Made by a program: the position numbers and the translations under genes. DNA of 61,748 bases, filler included, from Sphacelaria rigidula (Eukaryota), in assembly GCA_964200075.2 (NCBI GenBank). It is 7 parts of 7 records of this genome, joined end to end, with 100 filler letters (N's around TTAATTAATTAA, not from the genome) between each part and the next. Parts side by side here need not be neighbours in the genome. Positions count along the whole stretch, not along the records: positions 8,837 to 17,572 come from CAXNAA020010232.1; positions 17,673 to 26,408 come from CAXNAA020010233.1; 5 more parts are not named here. One strand, written 5' to 3'. This document shows, in pieces, positions 12,302 to 25,350 of the stretch. The first letter of the stretch is position 1, and the number at the start of each line of letters is the position of its first letter. Below the pieces are notes generated by a model. That model made no database searches and was not told where the DNA came from. It saw only the letters and a program-made list of their open reading frames with translations.

Positions 12302-13021
12302 TGTCATGCATGAGGCCGGATGTTATGGCAAACAGATTTTTGGCCCATGGATTGTTTACCTTATTATGGACATTTGACCCCCTTTTTGAATCCCAAACAG
12401 GGAAAATCGCCAACCCACGTCTTGGACCCTTTGAATCACTCCACAGAGAGGAGCCTAGCCCACTTTTCAGATTCGCTTGGCTCCCGAGGTTTCAAGATTG
12501 GCCGCTGAACAAAAATTAGTGTGCGAAAATCCGTGCGTGCCGACCCCCGCCAGTTTGCCCAATATTCTGTGGAGATCGCCGAAGATTTTCTTGCACACGG
12601 AATTTTGTTCAGCGGCCGATCTCGAAAATTTCAAATCTTGAAGCCAAGCGAATCCGAAAAGTGGGCTAGGCTCCTATCTGTAGGGCAATGCAAAGTGTCC
12701 AAGACGTGTGTTGGCGATGTTCCCTGTTCGGGAGTCAAAAAGTGGCTCAAACGCCATAAAAGTGAACAATCCGTGGGCCAAAAATCTGTGTGCCGTAACA
12801 TCCGGCCTGAGAGGATCGCGTGCTTAGAGGTCCACATCATCTAAATTTCAATATCCTCATCGTTAGGGTTAGGGCTAGGGCTAGGGCTAGTGTTGGTGTT
12901 TGGGTCAGCGGTTTGGTCCCTTCAGCGGCTGGTTTTGTAAAACGTCGATCCTGAGGGGTTTGCAACTCTAGTACACAACGATGCGGTCCTTTCAGCACGC
13001 TGTCCTCTCGCGCATTACACC
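12302..13021. mobile_element. GTGTAATGCG-TIR MITE with TTAGGG/CTAGGG repeats, interrupted by the 12314-12807 insertion
   Basis: Right TIR GTCCTCTCGCGCATTACACC at ~13002-13021; GTTAGGGTTAGGGCTAGGGCTAGGGCTAG at ~12862-12890; left TIR split by the nested element. Confidence 0.8.
12314..12807. mobile_element. Palindromic MITE with 3-bp TGA TSD (PIF/Harbinger-like), nested in another MITE's TIR
   Basis: TIRs GGCCGGATGTTATGGCAAACAGATTTTTGGCCC / GGGCCAAAAATCTGTGTGCCGTAACATCCGGCC. TGA at 12311-12313 and 12808-12810. Removing it restores TGTCATGCATGAGAGGATCGCGTGCTTAGAGG. Confidence 0.9.
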
Positions 13022-13929
13022 ATCTCAACTGGACATCAACCTACGGATTTTCAGACGTCGCCATCATCACTCACACAGCCACGTTGTACTTCGTCCTCGA
13101 GAGTGACAACCGACGTTTTCGCCCTGGTCCGGAAATTTCGCTGACTCGAACGTACCTCGCTCAAAGGGTATACTGTGGGCACCGGCGAAACGTAATGTGA
13201 GACGTGATCGTATTGTGGTACTGTCCGTCAAACTCGCATCACTGATCAGAGACGGTATCAACACCAAAATCACGCTTTATATGTACTCATGTATGCCCTC
13301 AGGCACGTGGTGGGAAAGTTGTACTCACTCACCGTTCTTGGAGGAACTCCGAACACCTCAGTTGAAGTGCGCGCAACGAGTGGTAACTGGCTGTGATGGA
13401 GGAGTGTAGCGGGGAGGGCGATGATTGTGTGAGAGGACGAGCGTGAATGCTCAATTCACCCAGCCCCTCCATGGTACGCAAGCTGCACGGCCGCCGACCA
13501 GCACTCGTCAACGTAACAAATGACGGGGTGATTTTGTGTTCTTGGTTGTATCATGCGCTAGTCGAAGCTACTGCCAGACAGTCGCTGGGGCCCAACGTAT
13601 CTCTTGTTTGTGTCGAGGTTTGGAAAATAAACAGCAGCAAATCACGCTAATTTTTGTGAGTAATATTAGATTCTCCCCAATAGTTCGGTTTTCTGCAGAC
13701 CAACTTCCCTGATGATACTGAATATATCCGAAATTTCGCTAAGCCTTCCGCCGGCTCGTTCCTGTAAGGGCCTGCGGTTGGCAGGTGAGTATGCCCCACC
13801 GAAGGAAATGGCTCTCGGTCTTTGGATGTCACCACTCGTTTACGAGCTATGCCATGATAGGAGGGGGGGTATTCGATTCCACGAAAAATGTTCTCATAGA
13901 TGCGCCAAACGACTCCAAACACTCGCGGT

Positions 13930-14220
13930 GTGTGTTGTGTGTGTGTGTGTTTGTCGTCCCATCTACTCTGGGTGCCGGTCTACACCTTTCGATATTTGTG
14001 GGCGCTCCAGTCAGGGTCACACATGAGCAAGGTCAGCACAGGGCCTTTTTCTTTTTTGTTTGTTTTCAATACCCCACCTTCCTTCTGCGGTACCTGTCTT
14101 TATTTTTCATCGCGAGAGGGGTTCGGCAATCCCTTTCCCTCGTCGACCGTTGAGTCGAATTTTGTCTACCAACTACATAGTCGCTCCGCACTGCTGGGCA
14201 TTGTGTGAGAAAAAATCCCA
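13930..14220 (-). mobile_element. tRNA-derived SINE, 5'-truncated copy with (CA)n-like tail
   Basis: Reverse-complement match to ~38570-38830; (TG)n run at ~13928-13950 at the element 3' end. Confidence 0.8.
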
Positions 14221-14713
14221 CTGCGCTTGTATTTGGGTAAAAGCGGTGTATAACAGTACGAATGAGCGTTATTCATCGGGAGCAAGCGCGTTCGAACGAA
14301 TGTTGGTTGCTTTGAATGACTATTAAAATGGAATTCAGTGAAATAAAACGGTCCGAAATACCCCCCCCTCCCCCCTGTCGTAGCATGACTCTTTCTCAAA
14401 GAGGAATGCAGCGTGCTCATTACAGGAGCTGTACTACTCTGGAAGTTCTTCAGAGAAGGCTGTTCTGAAAGCGAACACGCCGAACCTATCGCTGTTGGTG
14501 CTGACATTGCTCGTTGTCTGTCTGCTAGCAACGATCATGCATGTCTGCGAAAATATAGGAGGGTTATTCATTTGCGAGCTACACACATGTCACACACACC
14601 GCCAGTCCTATGGTCTTTTGTATACAATAATAGTGACCACCCTTGTCTTTTTGTTATTACACCAAGAGATTACAGTATTGCAGGCCTTAGCACATGCTGG
14701 TAGTGCAACATCC

Positions 14714-14907
14714 TAGAGTTTCGGAAAACGATTTCAAGTCATTTCAGAGTGCAAATATCTTAGAATCACACTAATGAAAAATCATTCCTCCCTCCGTCAA
14801 ATGCGGTATCCAATGAAATTTTTTTCGATGAGGTGTTTTTTCATTCTGGATTCTGATCCTTCGATATCTGCACTCTGAATTGACGAAAACGCGTTTTCCG
14901 AAGCTCT
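14714..14907. repeat. Inverted repeat, ~75-bp arms (MITE-like hairpin)
   Basis: AGAGTTTCGGAAAACGATTTCAAGTCATTTCAGAGTGCAAATATC is inverted against GATATCTGCACTCTGAATTGACGAAAACGCGTTTTCCGAAGCTCT. Confidence 0.75.
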
Positions 14908-17672
14908 CCACTTTTTTTACACAACCATATAATATATCGTGGCAAGAGCGAAAGTGGCCGCAAACATTTCCCTCGTTTGCTAGAGTCATACCCTCTGTTC
15001 AGAAGTACTCTCAGAGCGTATTTTAGTTTCGCTTTTCTTCGCTAGGTCTATCATGAGACTACGGCTTGACCCCTGGAGGGGTCGGTTAATGTGCGACAAT
15101 CAATCATCAATCACTTCACCCATTTACATGAGGGGCAATTTTGCTCTAACCGAGAAGTCGATTGCATGTGTCTCGAGTCTGGGGTACTCCCCTTGTGCAG
15201 TACTTCAGACAACCAATCGCGTTGCCAAACGAGAATGCTATGATGAGCGACAGCTTGGGACAACCGCTACAGACACGCAGTGAGCCTTCACCAGCGATGA
15301 CACGCATGACGAAATCGATTGGCAGGCATATTTCGGCTTTGCCAATGCGCCCCGCCCAGATCGACCCGTCCTGCCCAATCCACCCTGAGCTTCAGGCGAC
15401 CTTGATTCCTTTTTCTCGACCCTCTTCTTGTATCAGATCTTCAGAACAAGCCCTCGAGTAATCTGCCCCACCAATGCTCCGACATTTTTGTTTTCAAGTC
15501 TTCATTCTCACGACGGGTGCACGTGCACGCGCTGAAATTCGGTACCATGTATGTCCGCCGAACGAGCTGGTGGCGGGTATGAGGGCGGGCACCTTACCAT
15601 GGTGCCAACCGACACGTGTTACCATCTATCTGCACTATTCCGTTGATCCGTCCCGTGCCGTACTGGACTCGAGTACTGTATTTCACCTCGTATGTATACT
15701 GCTGTATTTAACACGCATCGCGGGGTTGTCTGCCAGAGCTGACCGGCCGGCGTATATCTGGCTGTACAGGCAGATTCACAGAACCCGCGTGTACGATAGA
15801 ACCAGTTTCAAAGCACGTTCGAGCAGATTCGCCGGGCTAAGAAGAAGGAACACACTATTTTCTGATCTTGACCCTCAGACAGCGAGAGTAGGTCATCTGC
15901 TGAATCGGCATCAATTTCAATTGAAAAAAGTATGCATGATCCAGATAGACTACCCTCGCGTTCTAAGGGTTAATAGTTAATAGAGGTATCTCAAACTCGG
16001 CTCCAGGTGTCCTGGTTTGTTTTCCCTTATTTTTTCAAGTGGAAGTGATGCCGATTCATCAGATGATGAGACCCTTTGACCGCCAGGTCAGGTCCTCCTC
16101 TGAATCGCGATCACTTTCAGTTGAAAAAATAGCACACGACTCAGAGCCAGCGAATAAACCAGGATACCGGGAGCCGAGTTTGAGATACAGTACCATTACA
16201 ATAATAAGACGGGATGTTACAAATTGGGAATGGATCTTTCATTGAGGATGAGAAACCAGATCCGGAGAATTAAAATATTCGTATCCACTCCGAATCTTCG
16301 AAATACGGTTCGATTTCTCCACCAACTGACAGCTATTGACAACTGCTACACAAAGTAGGAATTTGGATTTCGATCGCCGACGTATTTGAGTCCTAGGTGG
16401 AAAACCAATTTTGGGGCATTCCGGGTTTCCGAACAGACGCCAAAATGGTTCCGAAATTGGTTTTTCACCTCGATCCCCAACATTTTGGTGTTTGCTTCGG
16501 CTCAAGATTTCTGGTATTATTATGTGTTGTCCCGTTTTTACGTACGGCAGTGTCTCACTAGAATTACCGCAAATTAAAATGCCTGCAACCGGAAACAAAT
16601 CGAACTCAATGCGGTATGTACTGGGTGCATTTTTTGTCCCCATCAACTCATCAACAACTACATACTATTAATCAGGCTAACCCGAAAATCAACGCTGACG
16701 ATTATGTTATTCCTATCCCCTGCGGAGCTATCCACCACTCCCCCTACTATTACGGTAGAGCTACTCCGCACAGTCACCTATCCACTTTTGCACCCTGGTT
16801 TCACCCTTTCTTGAGCGACGGGGCGGCGGGTGGGAAAGTCGATCGACCCTCTGCGAAACGCGCTAGTTCGTGCCTACTTCTCCCTAGTTGTGCTGCATAT
16901 ACCAGTCGGCCGCTGCTAGATGAATGCTTCTTGTTGCTGGTGATAGTATCTGTACTCGTGTGTGCGGCAACCTAGCTGCGATGGCCAACTTTTCTACTGG
17001 CAGCGGCACTGCAGCTGGGAAACAAGGACATACACCGTTGTTATGGATATTGGATAAACCCCAGGCACTGTGGGCAGTGGCTGCGTCTCTCGATATTAGT
17101 CGAGACGTGATGACACTTGCAGCGGATAACACAAGAGAAGTAGGAAGAAACTTCCGTGCTGTAGAGATGATGATGTGACGATTGAATGTGGCGCTGAGGT
17201 GGCCAATACGGCACAGCAACCATACATGGGGATAATTTTGTAGCAAAAAAAATTATTTGCGCGAAGCGCGATCACGTTCGAGCGTTCAAGATCGGCACCC
17301 TGCACAGACTGAGGGCCCGTTCAAAATCAGCCGAGGAACTCAAACATGAAACATGTACTGTTTCACTGTACTGCAGCACAAACACACTCACGTCCGCTCT
17401 CATGTGCTGCAGCTATCACTGTTCTGTGGTGTGTTTGGAGCTTGCGAAGACTTTTTGGTCTCCGCTGAGATTGCTGGATGTGCTGTATTGTTGTGTTCGT
17501 CTGTCTGTAATCTATAGTATCAGTCGGGACGCAGTGCTGGCTACACACTTGACTGTCTGTTGAAAACTTCATNNNNNNNNNNNNNNNNNNNNNNNNNNNN
17601 NNNNNNNNNNNNNNNNTTAATTAATTAANNNNNNNNNNNNNNNNNNNNNNNNNNNNNNNNNNNNNNNNNNNN

Positions 17673-17728
17673 AGGGATGCGAGGTCAATGGTCTTATGAC
17701 TATGGCAGGCATGATCATGAGTACACCC
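17673..17728 (+). mobile_element. Diverged 3' part of the poly(C)-tailed short element (5' end lost in gap)
   Basis: AGGGATGCGAGGTCAATGGTC..GGCAGGCATGATCATGAGTACACCC matches the family, closest to the 35797 variant. Confidence 0.65.
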
Positions 17729-17789
17729 TTTTTACGTGAGCCCGCCTGCCACAAGTCATATTACAGATAATGTACGACGTCCATACATA

Positions 17790-19600
17790 TCGCACGGCGA
17801 CCACAAGTCCCGACGTCATCTCTCTTCGTGACCTCCCGCTCTTCCGCTCCATTCCCACGCGTACATCACCAAAGACGATAGCAATCGCAAGCTTGCCCTT
17901 CTTCATAACGTCCTACTCATCCGCTCCAACTACTACGCGCATCTCACCCAGGGCGACAACAGATCCCAACTTTGTCTTTCTTCATGATGTCTTGCTCTCA
18001 CTACCACACGCACACCACCCAGGGCGACACCAGTCGCAAGTTTGCCCTTCTCCATGACACCCTGCTCGTCCACTCCTGCTACCACGCGTACATCACCCAG
18101 GGCGACCACAAACCTCAAGCTCATCCTCCTCCATGACCGCCCGCTCATCCGCTTCCACTACAACGCGTGCACCGCCCAGAGCGACAACAAACCCCAAGCT
18201 AGTCTCTCTTTACGACGCCCCGTTCATCCCATCCCACTATCCCCTGTGCACTATCTAGGGCGATAACACATCCCAAGCTTGTCCTTCTTCATGTCATCCT
18301 GTTCATTTGCCCGCACTTCCACACGCATACATTGCCGAGGGCGTTCATCCATTCCCCCACCCTAATGTACATCGCCCATAGCGAGCACCCATCCCGAGCT
18401 CGCCTTTCTCCATGTCGTCCCGCTCACCCGCTCCCACTCCCACGCGTTCACTAACCAGCGCGAATACACATGTCAAGTTCGCCCTACTCCATGACGTCGT
18501 GCTCATCCGCCCCCAGTACCCCCGTACACTATCCAGGGCGACAACACATCCCAAGCTCTTTATTCTCTATGCCGTCCCGTTGATTCACCCCCACTACCAC
18601 ACGTGACCACCACTCGGGGTGACAACAAATCCTAAGCTCGTCTCTTTTCCTGACCTCCCGCTCATCCGCTCCTCCTCCCACGCATACCCTCTCCGGGGCC
18701 ACCACGAAGCCCATGCTTGTCCTACTCCATGATGCCCTGCTCATCCGTCCCCAATATCACACGTGCGCCACCCAGGGTGACAGCAGATCTCAACTTTGTC
18801 CATCTCCTTCCGTTCATTCGCCCCCACTACCGCACGCGTACACCACCTAGGGCGACCACAGATCCTAAGCATGTCTCTTTTCGTAATACCGTGCTCTTCC
18901 GCCCTCCTTCCCTCGCTTACATCGCCTAGGGCGACCACGAATCCGAAGCTTGCAAATCCCTATGACGCCTCCTTCATCCAACCCCACTACTACACATAAA
19001 CTATCGCCCTTCTCCATGACATCTTGCTCATCCGCCCTCTCTACCACGCGCACATCATCCGGCTTTACCCTAAATCCCTGGCTAGTCAGACTCCACGAGG
19101 TCCTGCTCATCTGCTCCAGCACAACGCGCACACGACCTAGAGCGACAACAAATCCTAAGCTGGTGTTTCATTATGAGGTCGTGGTCATCCGCCCCCACGA
19201 CCACGCGTGCACCGCCCAGGTAACCCCAGCTCGTCCTTTCCGATGACGTTTCGCTCATCCGCCCTCACTATCTTGCGAATAGTATCCAGGGCGACCACAA
19301 ATCCCAAGCTTGTCTCTCTTAATGACCTCCTCCTCATTCACTCCCACTACCAAACACGTACACCGCCAAGGGCGAGAACAAACCCCGAGCTTGACCTACT
19401 CCATGACGTCCCACTCATCCGCCGACACTGCCATACGCGCGCACAGCCCAGGGCGACAATACGTCACAAGCTTGTCTCTCTCCGTGACGTCCCTCTCATC
19501 TGCCGACACTACCACAACCGGGCATTCTCCAGGACGGCAACAAGCCCCAAGCTCGATTTCCTCCACAAGTAAGCCCCCCTTCCCCCTCCCCGTTTCCACC
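17790..19600. repeat. Degenerate ~79-81 bp tandem minisatellite, about 22 units
   Basis: Recurrent CAGGGCGAC(A/C)ACAAATCCCAAGCT..CATGAC..GCTCATCCGC..CACTAC..CGTACA. Unit anchors at 17950, 18021, 18099, 18178, 18257, 18338, 18457, 18535, 18616, 18695, 18774, 18849, 18928 ... 19369, 19450, 19531. Confidence 0.92.
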
Positions 19601-20069
19601 CCCACGCGTGGGCCACCCACATCCACGGCTGCTTTCAGAATTGACTTTCTCCACAAGTCAGCCTCCAGCCTTCGTCGCCTCCCCCTCTCATGCAGATACC
19701 TCATCAGGGAACAAGATACCTCAGATCCTACTCCTTCCACAGTTAAACCCCTGTCCCATCTCCACCCTGTGAAGTATGACACCTCCGGTACACGTGCAGG
19801 TGCATAATACGCCACCTGTTGGTACAGCGGACAGGATATGACGTTTACGTCAGATTAGGGCATGGAATCTTCTCTAGAGTGAACATGACTACTTGATATA
19901 TGATACATGTGAACGAAGATGCAACGTCGCATTCGGTAACGCACACTGCGTTTGTGAACAATATCTGTCTGGAAGCCTCCAAGCCCCAGAAAAGGAGGAG
20001 GCCCTTGGAGCAGTCCTATGACCCTGTTCTGAGTCCAGGAGGGTTCGTAACCCTCACTCTCGCAAGTGA

Positions 20070-21170
20070 ACTACTCAGGGTGACATCAGATTTCAAGCTC
20101 GCCTTCCCCGACGAGCAAGTCCTTTTCCTTACCCCGCCCCCGCTCTCCCGCGCATTCCAACAAGGGCAACGACAATGCCAAAGTCGCCTCCCCTAACAAT
20201 GAAGACATCTTCCTTAAGGCCTCTTCCTTGCCCAATTCCATTCCCCAAAGTACACCACGCAACATGGAGTTCCAAACTCGACGGGTGCTCCGCAAGCAGG
20301 TCCTCCCCTTCTCCGAATTCCTTTCAAAGCAGGCCCTGCCCCCTCGATTCCCGCCCCCCTCCCTGCGTAAAGCTCGCCTGCTAGAGCGCATCCCATGGGT
20401 GATACCCGGCGTATATCACCCAAGGCGGCAACAAATCCTGAGCTCGTCTCATTGCCTTTCTGCCCATCTGTCCCCCGCACTCTCACACGTACATCACCCG
20501 GGACGACAAGACATGTTGAAGTCGACTTCCTCCACAAGCAAGTGCTACCCCTTTTTCATCTCTTCTCCTGCGTGGACCAAACGAAGCGACAGCAAAACTT
20601 CCAAAGGTAAAGCTCTATGCCGCCCTCATGTTCACTGCCACGCGTGCAGTACCCAGCTTAACAACTAACAAATCCCAGGTTCACCTCCCCAACGAGTACG
20701 TCTCCCTTTCCTTCCCCTGCCCCGACTTTCATGCCTATTCCAACAAGGGCGGCAACAAATATCGAACTCGATCCTCTCAAGAAACAAGGTATTTTCCTCC
20801 CTCGTCGCCATTCCCGCTCGTGCACCACTCAAGGCGACAACAAGCCCGAGGTTCGACGTGCTCAGAAAGTAAGCCTTTTCTCTTCCCGATTTTCCTCGTA
20901 AACAAGCGCTGCCTCCCGTTTCCGCCACCCTGCCCACGTGAAAATCGTCCGCTACAAGTCATACCATCGGTGATGTACGTGGTATATCACCCAGGGCAAC
21001 GACGAATCCCAAGCCCGACTACCTCCACAAGCAACCCCCCCCTTCTTCCGCACCTCCTACGCACATCCCGTCTGACCCTAGGAGTATCACGGGTGATACA
21101 CGGAGTGAAGAGGGTATCACCCAGGGAGGCAACAAGTCCCAAGTTCGATTCCCTGTACGAGCATACCGTC
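20070..21170. repeat. Second, more diverged block of the same minisatellite
   Basis: Repeated CAGGGC(G/A)AC..AATCCCAAG(C/T)TCGAC..CCTCCACAAGCAAG motifs with irregular spacing. Confidence 0.75.
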
Positions 21171-22257
21171 CCACTGCCAAAATATTCCATTCCAACTGCT
21201 GTTCCAGTCTGCTTCATCGTCCATAGGTCAATCAAGTGAGGGCCAACGCACACAACGCCACACTCTCCGTGTGAGAGCAGGTGATTTCTCGATTAAGAAG
21301 TATGTTAACACCCGTGCGGGGCATGTGCGCAGGGGTCACGTACTGCTGTCGGCCGTCCATGTGTTACGATCACGTCATCAACTTATTCGATGCTCACCAA
21401 TCGCCACCCCGCGTCCAAACTTCCAACCTTGCTCTAAGCCGAACCTGCCAACTAGTAAAGGATCTGTATCTATGCATATGGTGATACAATATTGTCTTGA
21501 GTTCCCCTGCTTCATGTTTCTTTTCTACAACCATACCACCAAGTAATCGATATGTTAGGACGCCCACCAACAATTACCACCACCACAACCCCGACTTTTC
21601 AACTCAGGCGGTGCATGCCTCAGCATATGAAACACTCATGTCCACCACGGCGGCAAATACAGGCGCCAAACATCATACTGCACTGCTTGGGAGAAGAGGC
21701 ATCTTCCGGGCTACCCCCAGCACCGAGCTGAACACCGATCGACGACGTGGTAAAGCGACGGGCACAGGGGGTGGGGGAAGGGGGCTCCCGTTGCTGCATT
21801 TTCCTCTCTTTCCTCTATCATCAATCAAGCGCGAGTGTAATCCCTTGACTGCTCGGGTGTGTCAATCTACTAAATCAACGTCACATTCACGTTGGAAACT
21901 AAATTTGGAAAATGGCTGTCAGATTCAGGCGTCCATCCGCTGGCGCCGAAAGGGTTGGCCTTTCCGTCGCCTTTCCCGGGACGAGCACGCGGTCTCAAGG
22001 GCCAATCCATGCGCCCACCTCTTCACCGATGGACACGGTGGGGCGAGAAATACGCGAGGGGGGGGGAGGGCTTCGAAGTATCCGTGCGTCTACCCCCGTG
22101 TCATCTGCCTTCCTGAGTGCCTTAATAATGTACCGTCTTTATTGAACTATTTCCCCGGAACTTGCCTTGCATTTTGCTTCCTTTCAAGATGATTGAATCA
22201 GCACTACTACCCGCCACCCGGCTGTTCTTGATTTTTCTCTCCCCCCTCCATACCACA

Positions 22258-22336
22258 CCATGCTCCGTCTCGAAAGGGATGCGTGGTCAATGGTCAAACG
22301 ACCAAGGCCAGCAACACATGAGAACGCCCCCCTCCC
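22258..22336 (+). mobile_element. ~80-nt poly(C)-tailed retroposon-like element with 17-bp TSD
   Basis: TGCTCCGTCTCGAAAGGGATGCGTGGTCAATGGTCAAACGACCAAGGCCAGCAACACATGAGAACG followed by a C-run. CCCCCCTCCATACCACA is directly repeated at 22241-22257 and 22337-22353. Confidence 0.85.
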
Positions 22337-24081
22337 CCCCCCTCCATACCACATATCCTTCTCATGCTTTTGAACGATCTGGTGAAACAAAAACAGGGCG
22401 TATATAAACATGTGTGTGCGCGCGTAAACACAGCGCTACTGCGCGAATAATATAGAATAGTGCAGGGTACGGAGATTAAGAATGAGGAGGAGATCATCGT
22501 TGCCGTCTAAGGTATTGTACAACTAAAACGGCTTTCATGCGCACTAAAGTATTCCGACGGAGAGACCGGTGGGACAATATTGCCGTTGTGTCTCTTGAAA
22601 GACCTGTTTCCTTCACGAATTCTAGGCCAAATAAAAAAAAAAGACGCAAGAGTTATCCTAGCAGTGACCACTATATCACTCTGTACAGGGTCAACAACGT
22701 CGTATGTTAGCATGTGTCGATGCTTAGGTCCCGCTCGGTACTATCTACTGTAGTGCGGTGAAGAACGCACAGGTTGCGAGAGCACTGATCCAATGCTCGA
22801 TATCGGGGTGTCAGGCAGGTACACGGGCAGATAGAAACCTTGGCTGATTGCTGGAGTCTACGCACCCATCACGAGGAAGCGCACGGGGGGCCGTTGAAAG
22901 TAGAATCTGAATACATGAACACATGGCAAAGATTTACAGCCTGGTTCGTGCAGTATCAGTATTGCAAGCTGGCTCCCGAGTACCGGTCTACCTGTCGGTT
23001 ATTCGCATACTAAGGTGCGCTGTCGGTAACCTGGCTAGTCCTGCCAGCGGTTGGTGGGGGAGGGCTTCGAGTGCCGGAGGTTTCATGTGAATGGGGTCGT
23101 TTCCATGTCGATGCTGCGTAAATCGTGTCATGTGCTGCACTCCGTTGTTGTGGGAGGTCCTTGTACGCTGTGCGAATTCTCATGTGACGGAAAAAAAGTC
23201 GTGCGCGTGCAGGCAGTAACGTATGGAAGTGCCAAACGTTGTAAAGTAGCACATTGCTGCACGGTATAGGGTACTTACTGTACTACCTCTTGAAACCGCA
23301 CGTTGTATTACAATCCCAGTACACTACAGCACAGGACATGGTTGGACCGTCGAGCAGAAAAAATGTCACTGTACAGTGCCATGCGAGCAATACCGCCCTC
23401 GATTTGTTTTTCGCCAGCGGGGTGCTTCCGTTTATTCACCTCGAGTACTTACCTGCCCTCTCTCTCCCCCCTTGGCCACGACTCACGACTCGATTATAAC
23501 TCTCAACTCTCTCAATCGATATATCAAAACGCGGGTGCGAACACTTGTTAACAATAAGACAATGGGCAGAGTCGACAGGACTGCAGTACTTACTCGTAGC
23601 CAAGAACTCAACCAATCGACCAACCAACTCCTCGACTAACCGACCAACCGATCTATTTCGCGTCGAGACTTACCGTCAGAGTCTGCGTGTGTGCTGGTAG
23701 CTCAACCTTCGCCTCCTGAACTTTCCCCCCAGCAAGGGGTCATTTCACCAGGTCCACCATGTACCCTCTTGCTCGCGCCTCTGGGTTCGAACCTCTCTTC
23801 GGTGTTGCCTGTATAAGCATTTACTTACACACACGAATATAGACGCCATTCATTTACGACAACAACAAAAAACAGCGAGTTACTTGTTCCAGCTCAAATG
23901 AACTTCATCTAAGCAAAAGCAAGATGATACATGATTTGTCTGCTGCATACAACACCACCTCAACCGTCCGACAAAAAACATCAGAACACACAGCAACATT
24001 TCGTCGTCCCATATTTCAGGCTTGCTCGAAAATTATCGTCACCATCACCATCATCCATTATGGGTACCTACCTACAACTTT

Positions 24082-24445
24082 GAGTAAGCAGGAGGAAAAC
24101 GATGAAATGAAAGGAAGCTCGGGGGTGGCCAGGGGATGGTGCCGTATCTGAGGCACATGGAATTTTCACCGGGTTGCAATACCGAGTATGTCAGGATTCC
24201 GGGGAGTAACAGTATTTCTACGAATTTGTATTTCTATTTTTTCTTTATGTTGTGTGTTTTTTTTTCTTCGAGTAAGCAGGAGGAAAACGATGAAATGAAA
24301 GGAAGCTCGGGATTGGCCAGGGGATGGTGCCGTATCTGAGGTACCTGGAATTTTCCCCGGGTTGCAATACCGAGTATGTCAGGATTCCGGGGGGTATCAG
24401 TATTTATATTAATTTCTATTTCTATTTTTTTCCTTCTGTTGTGTG
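24082..24445. repeat. Tandem duplication of a 188-bp unit
   Basis: GAGTAAGCAGGAGGAAAACGATGAAATGAAAGGAAGCTCGGG starts at 24082 and 24270; both units end in TTTCTA/T-rich tracts. Confidence 0.9.
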
Positions 24446-25315
24446 TTTTCCTTCTCAGTCCACTATGCCGTTCTGTTGTACCTTTTCTGTGTTCTTCTCG
24501 TTTTGTGTTAAGCGAGTGTTTCAGTTTTTTTTCATTTCGGGTACGTGCGTCTATCATGTGACCACGACTGTATCCCTGGGGAAGTCAGTCAAAGTGAGAC
24601 AATCAACCAACCAACCACTCAATCAATCATCAGCTAAAAATTACCGTCCCGTGCTACTCTCCAACCACCGATGGAAAAAGACACATTGGTCATTGATCAG
24701 CAAAAGAACCGAAACAGATGAAGCGAATCAATCCACGACACACGCCACCCTTGAGAGAAACTAATGTGGAGGATGAAGTAAAAAATAATAAAGTGAATCA
24801 ATCACCTCCTGAGACCCGTGGGAAATCCTGTCGTCGGCGACTTCGTCCTCTCCCTCCTCCTCTCATGCCCTCGCTCCCCCTCTCCATCAAATACACCAGT
24901 GCCCCCCCTACTTGAACAAGGGAACCGATCCACCACAGCGGTGGGGACGGCGGGGGCGCACAAGAGGAGAAGAAGAAGAAAAGTGAAGAGAGAGAGAGGA
25001 CGGAAGTGTAAGGCGTGTGGTACTCAGAGTTCAGGGACATAAGAGAAGAACACAGGAGATCCGTAGCTTCATGACCTCAGTGGTTGACAGAAATACGAAC
25101 AAAGGGAAAAGTAGACCAAGAGATACAATGCAACTACGTTGACGTGTGACGTTTTCAATTTCGTCGATCATGGCTCCGTATCTAATGAACGACCTCATAT
25201 GACGCAACTGAAAGCTAGCCCAAGAATGTGCTTAACAGGTGCTTCACATGACCCCATCTACCAAGATCCTGGAGCGTACCGCGCGTCAGAACAATCCAGA
25301 TTCGTCATACGGTCC

Positions 25316-25350
<35 letters not shown>

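Noticed and set aside
17790-21170. CRISPR-like array or 26-aa repeat protein on the minus strand (VVALGDVRVVVGADERDVMEKG)
   Set aside because: Whole units are homologous, so there are no unique spacers. No cas genes are present. Frequent 79-bp units break the reading frame.
23670-23810. Minus-strand exon with canonical splice sites
   Set aside because: Stops occur in all three frames; at most a UTR, terminal or non-coding exon.
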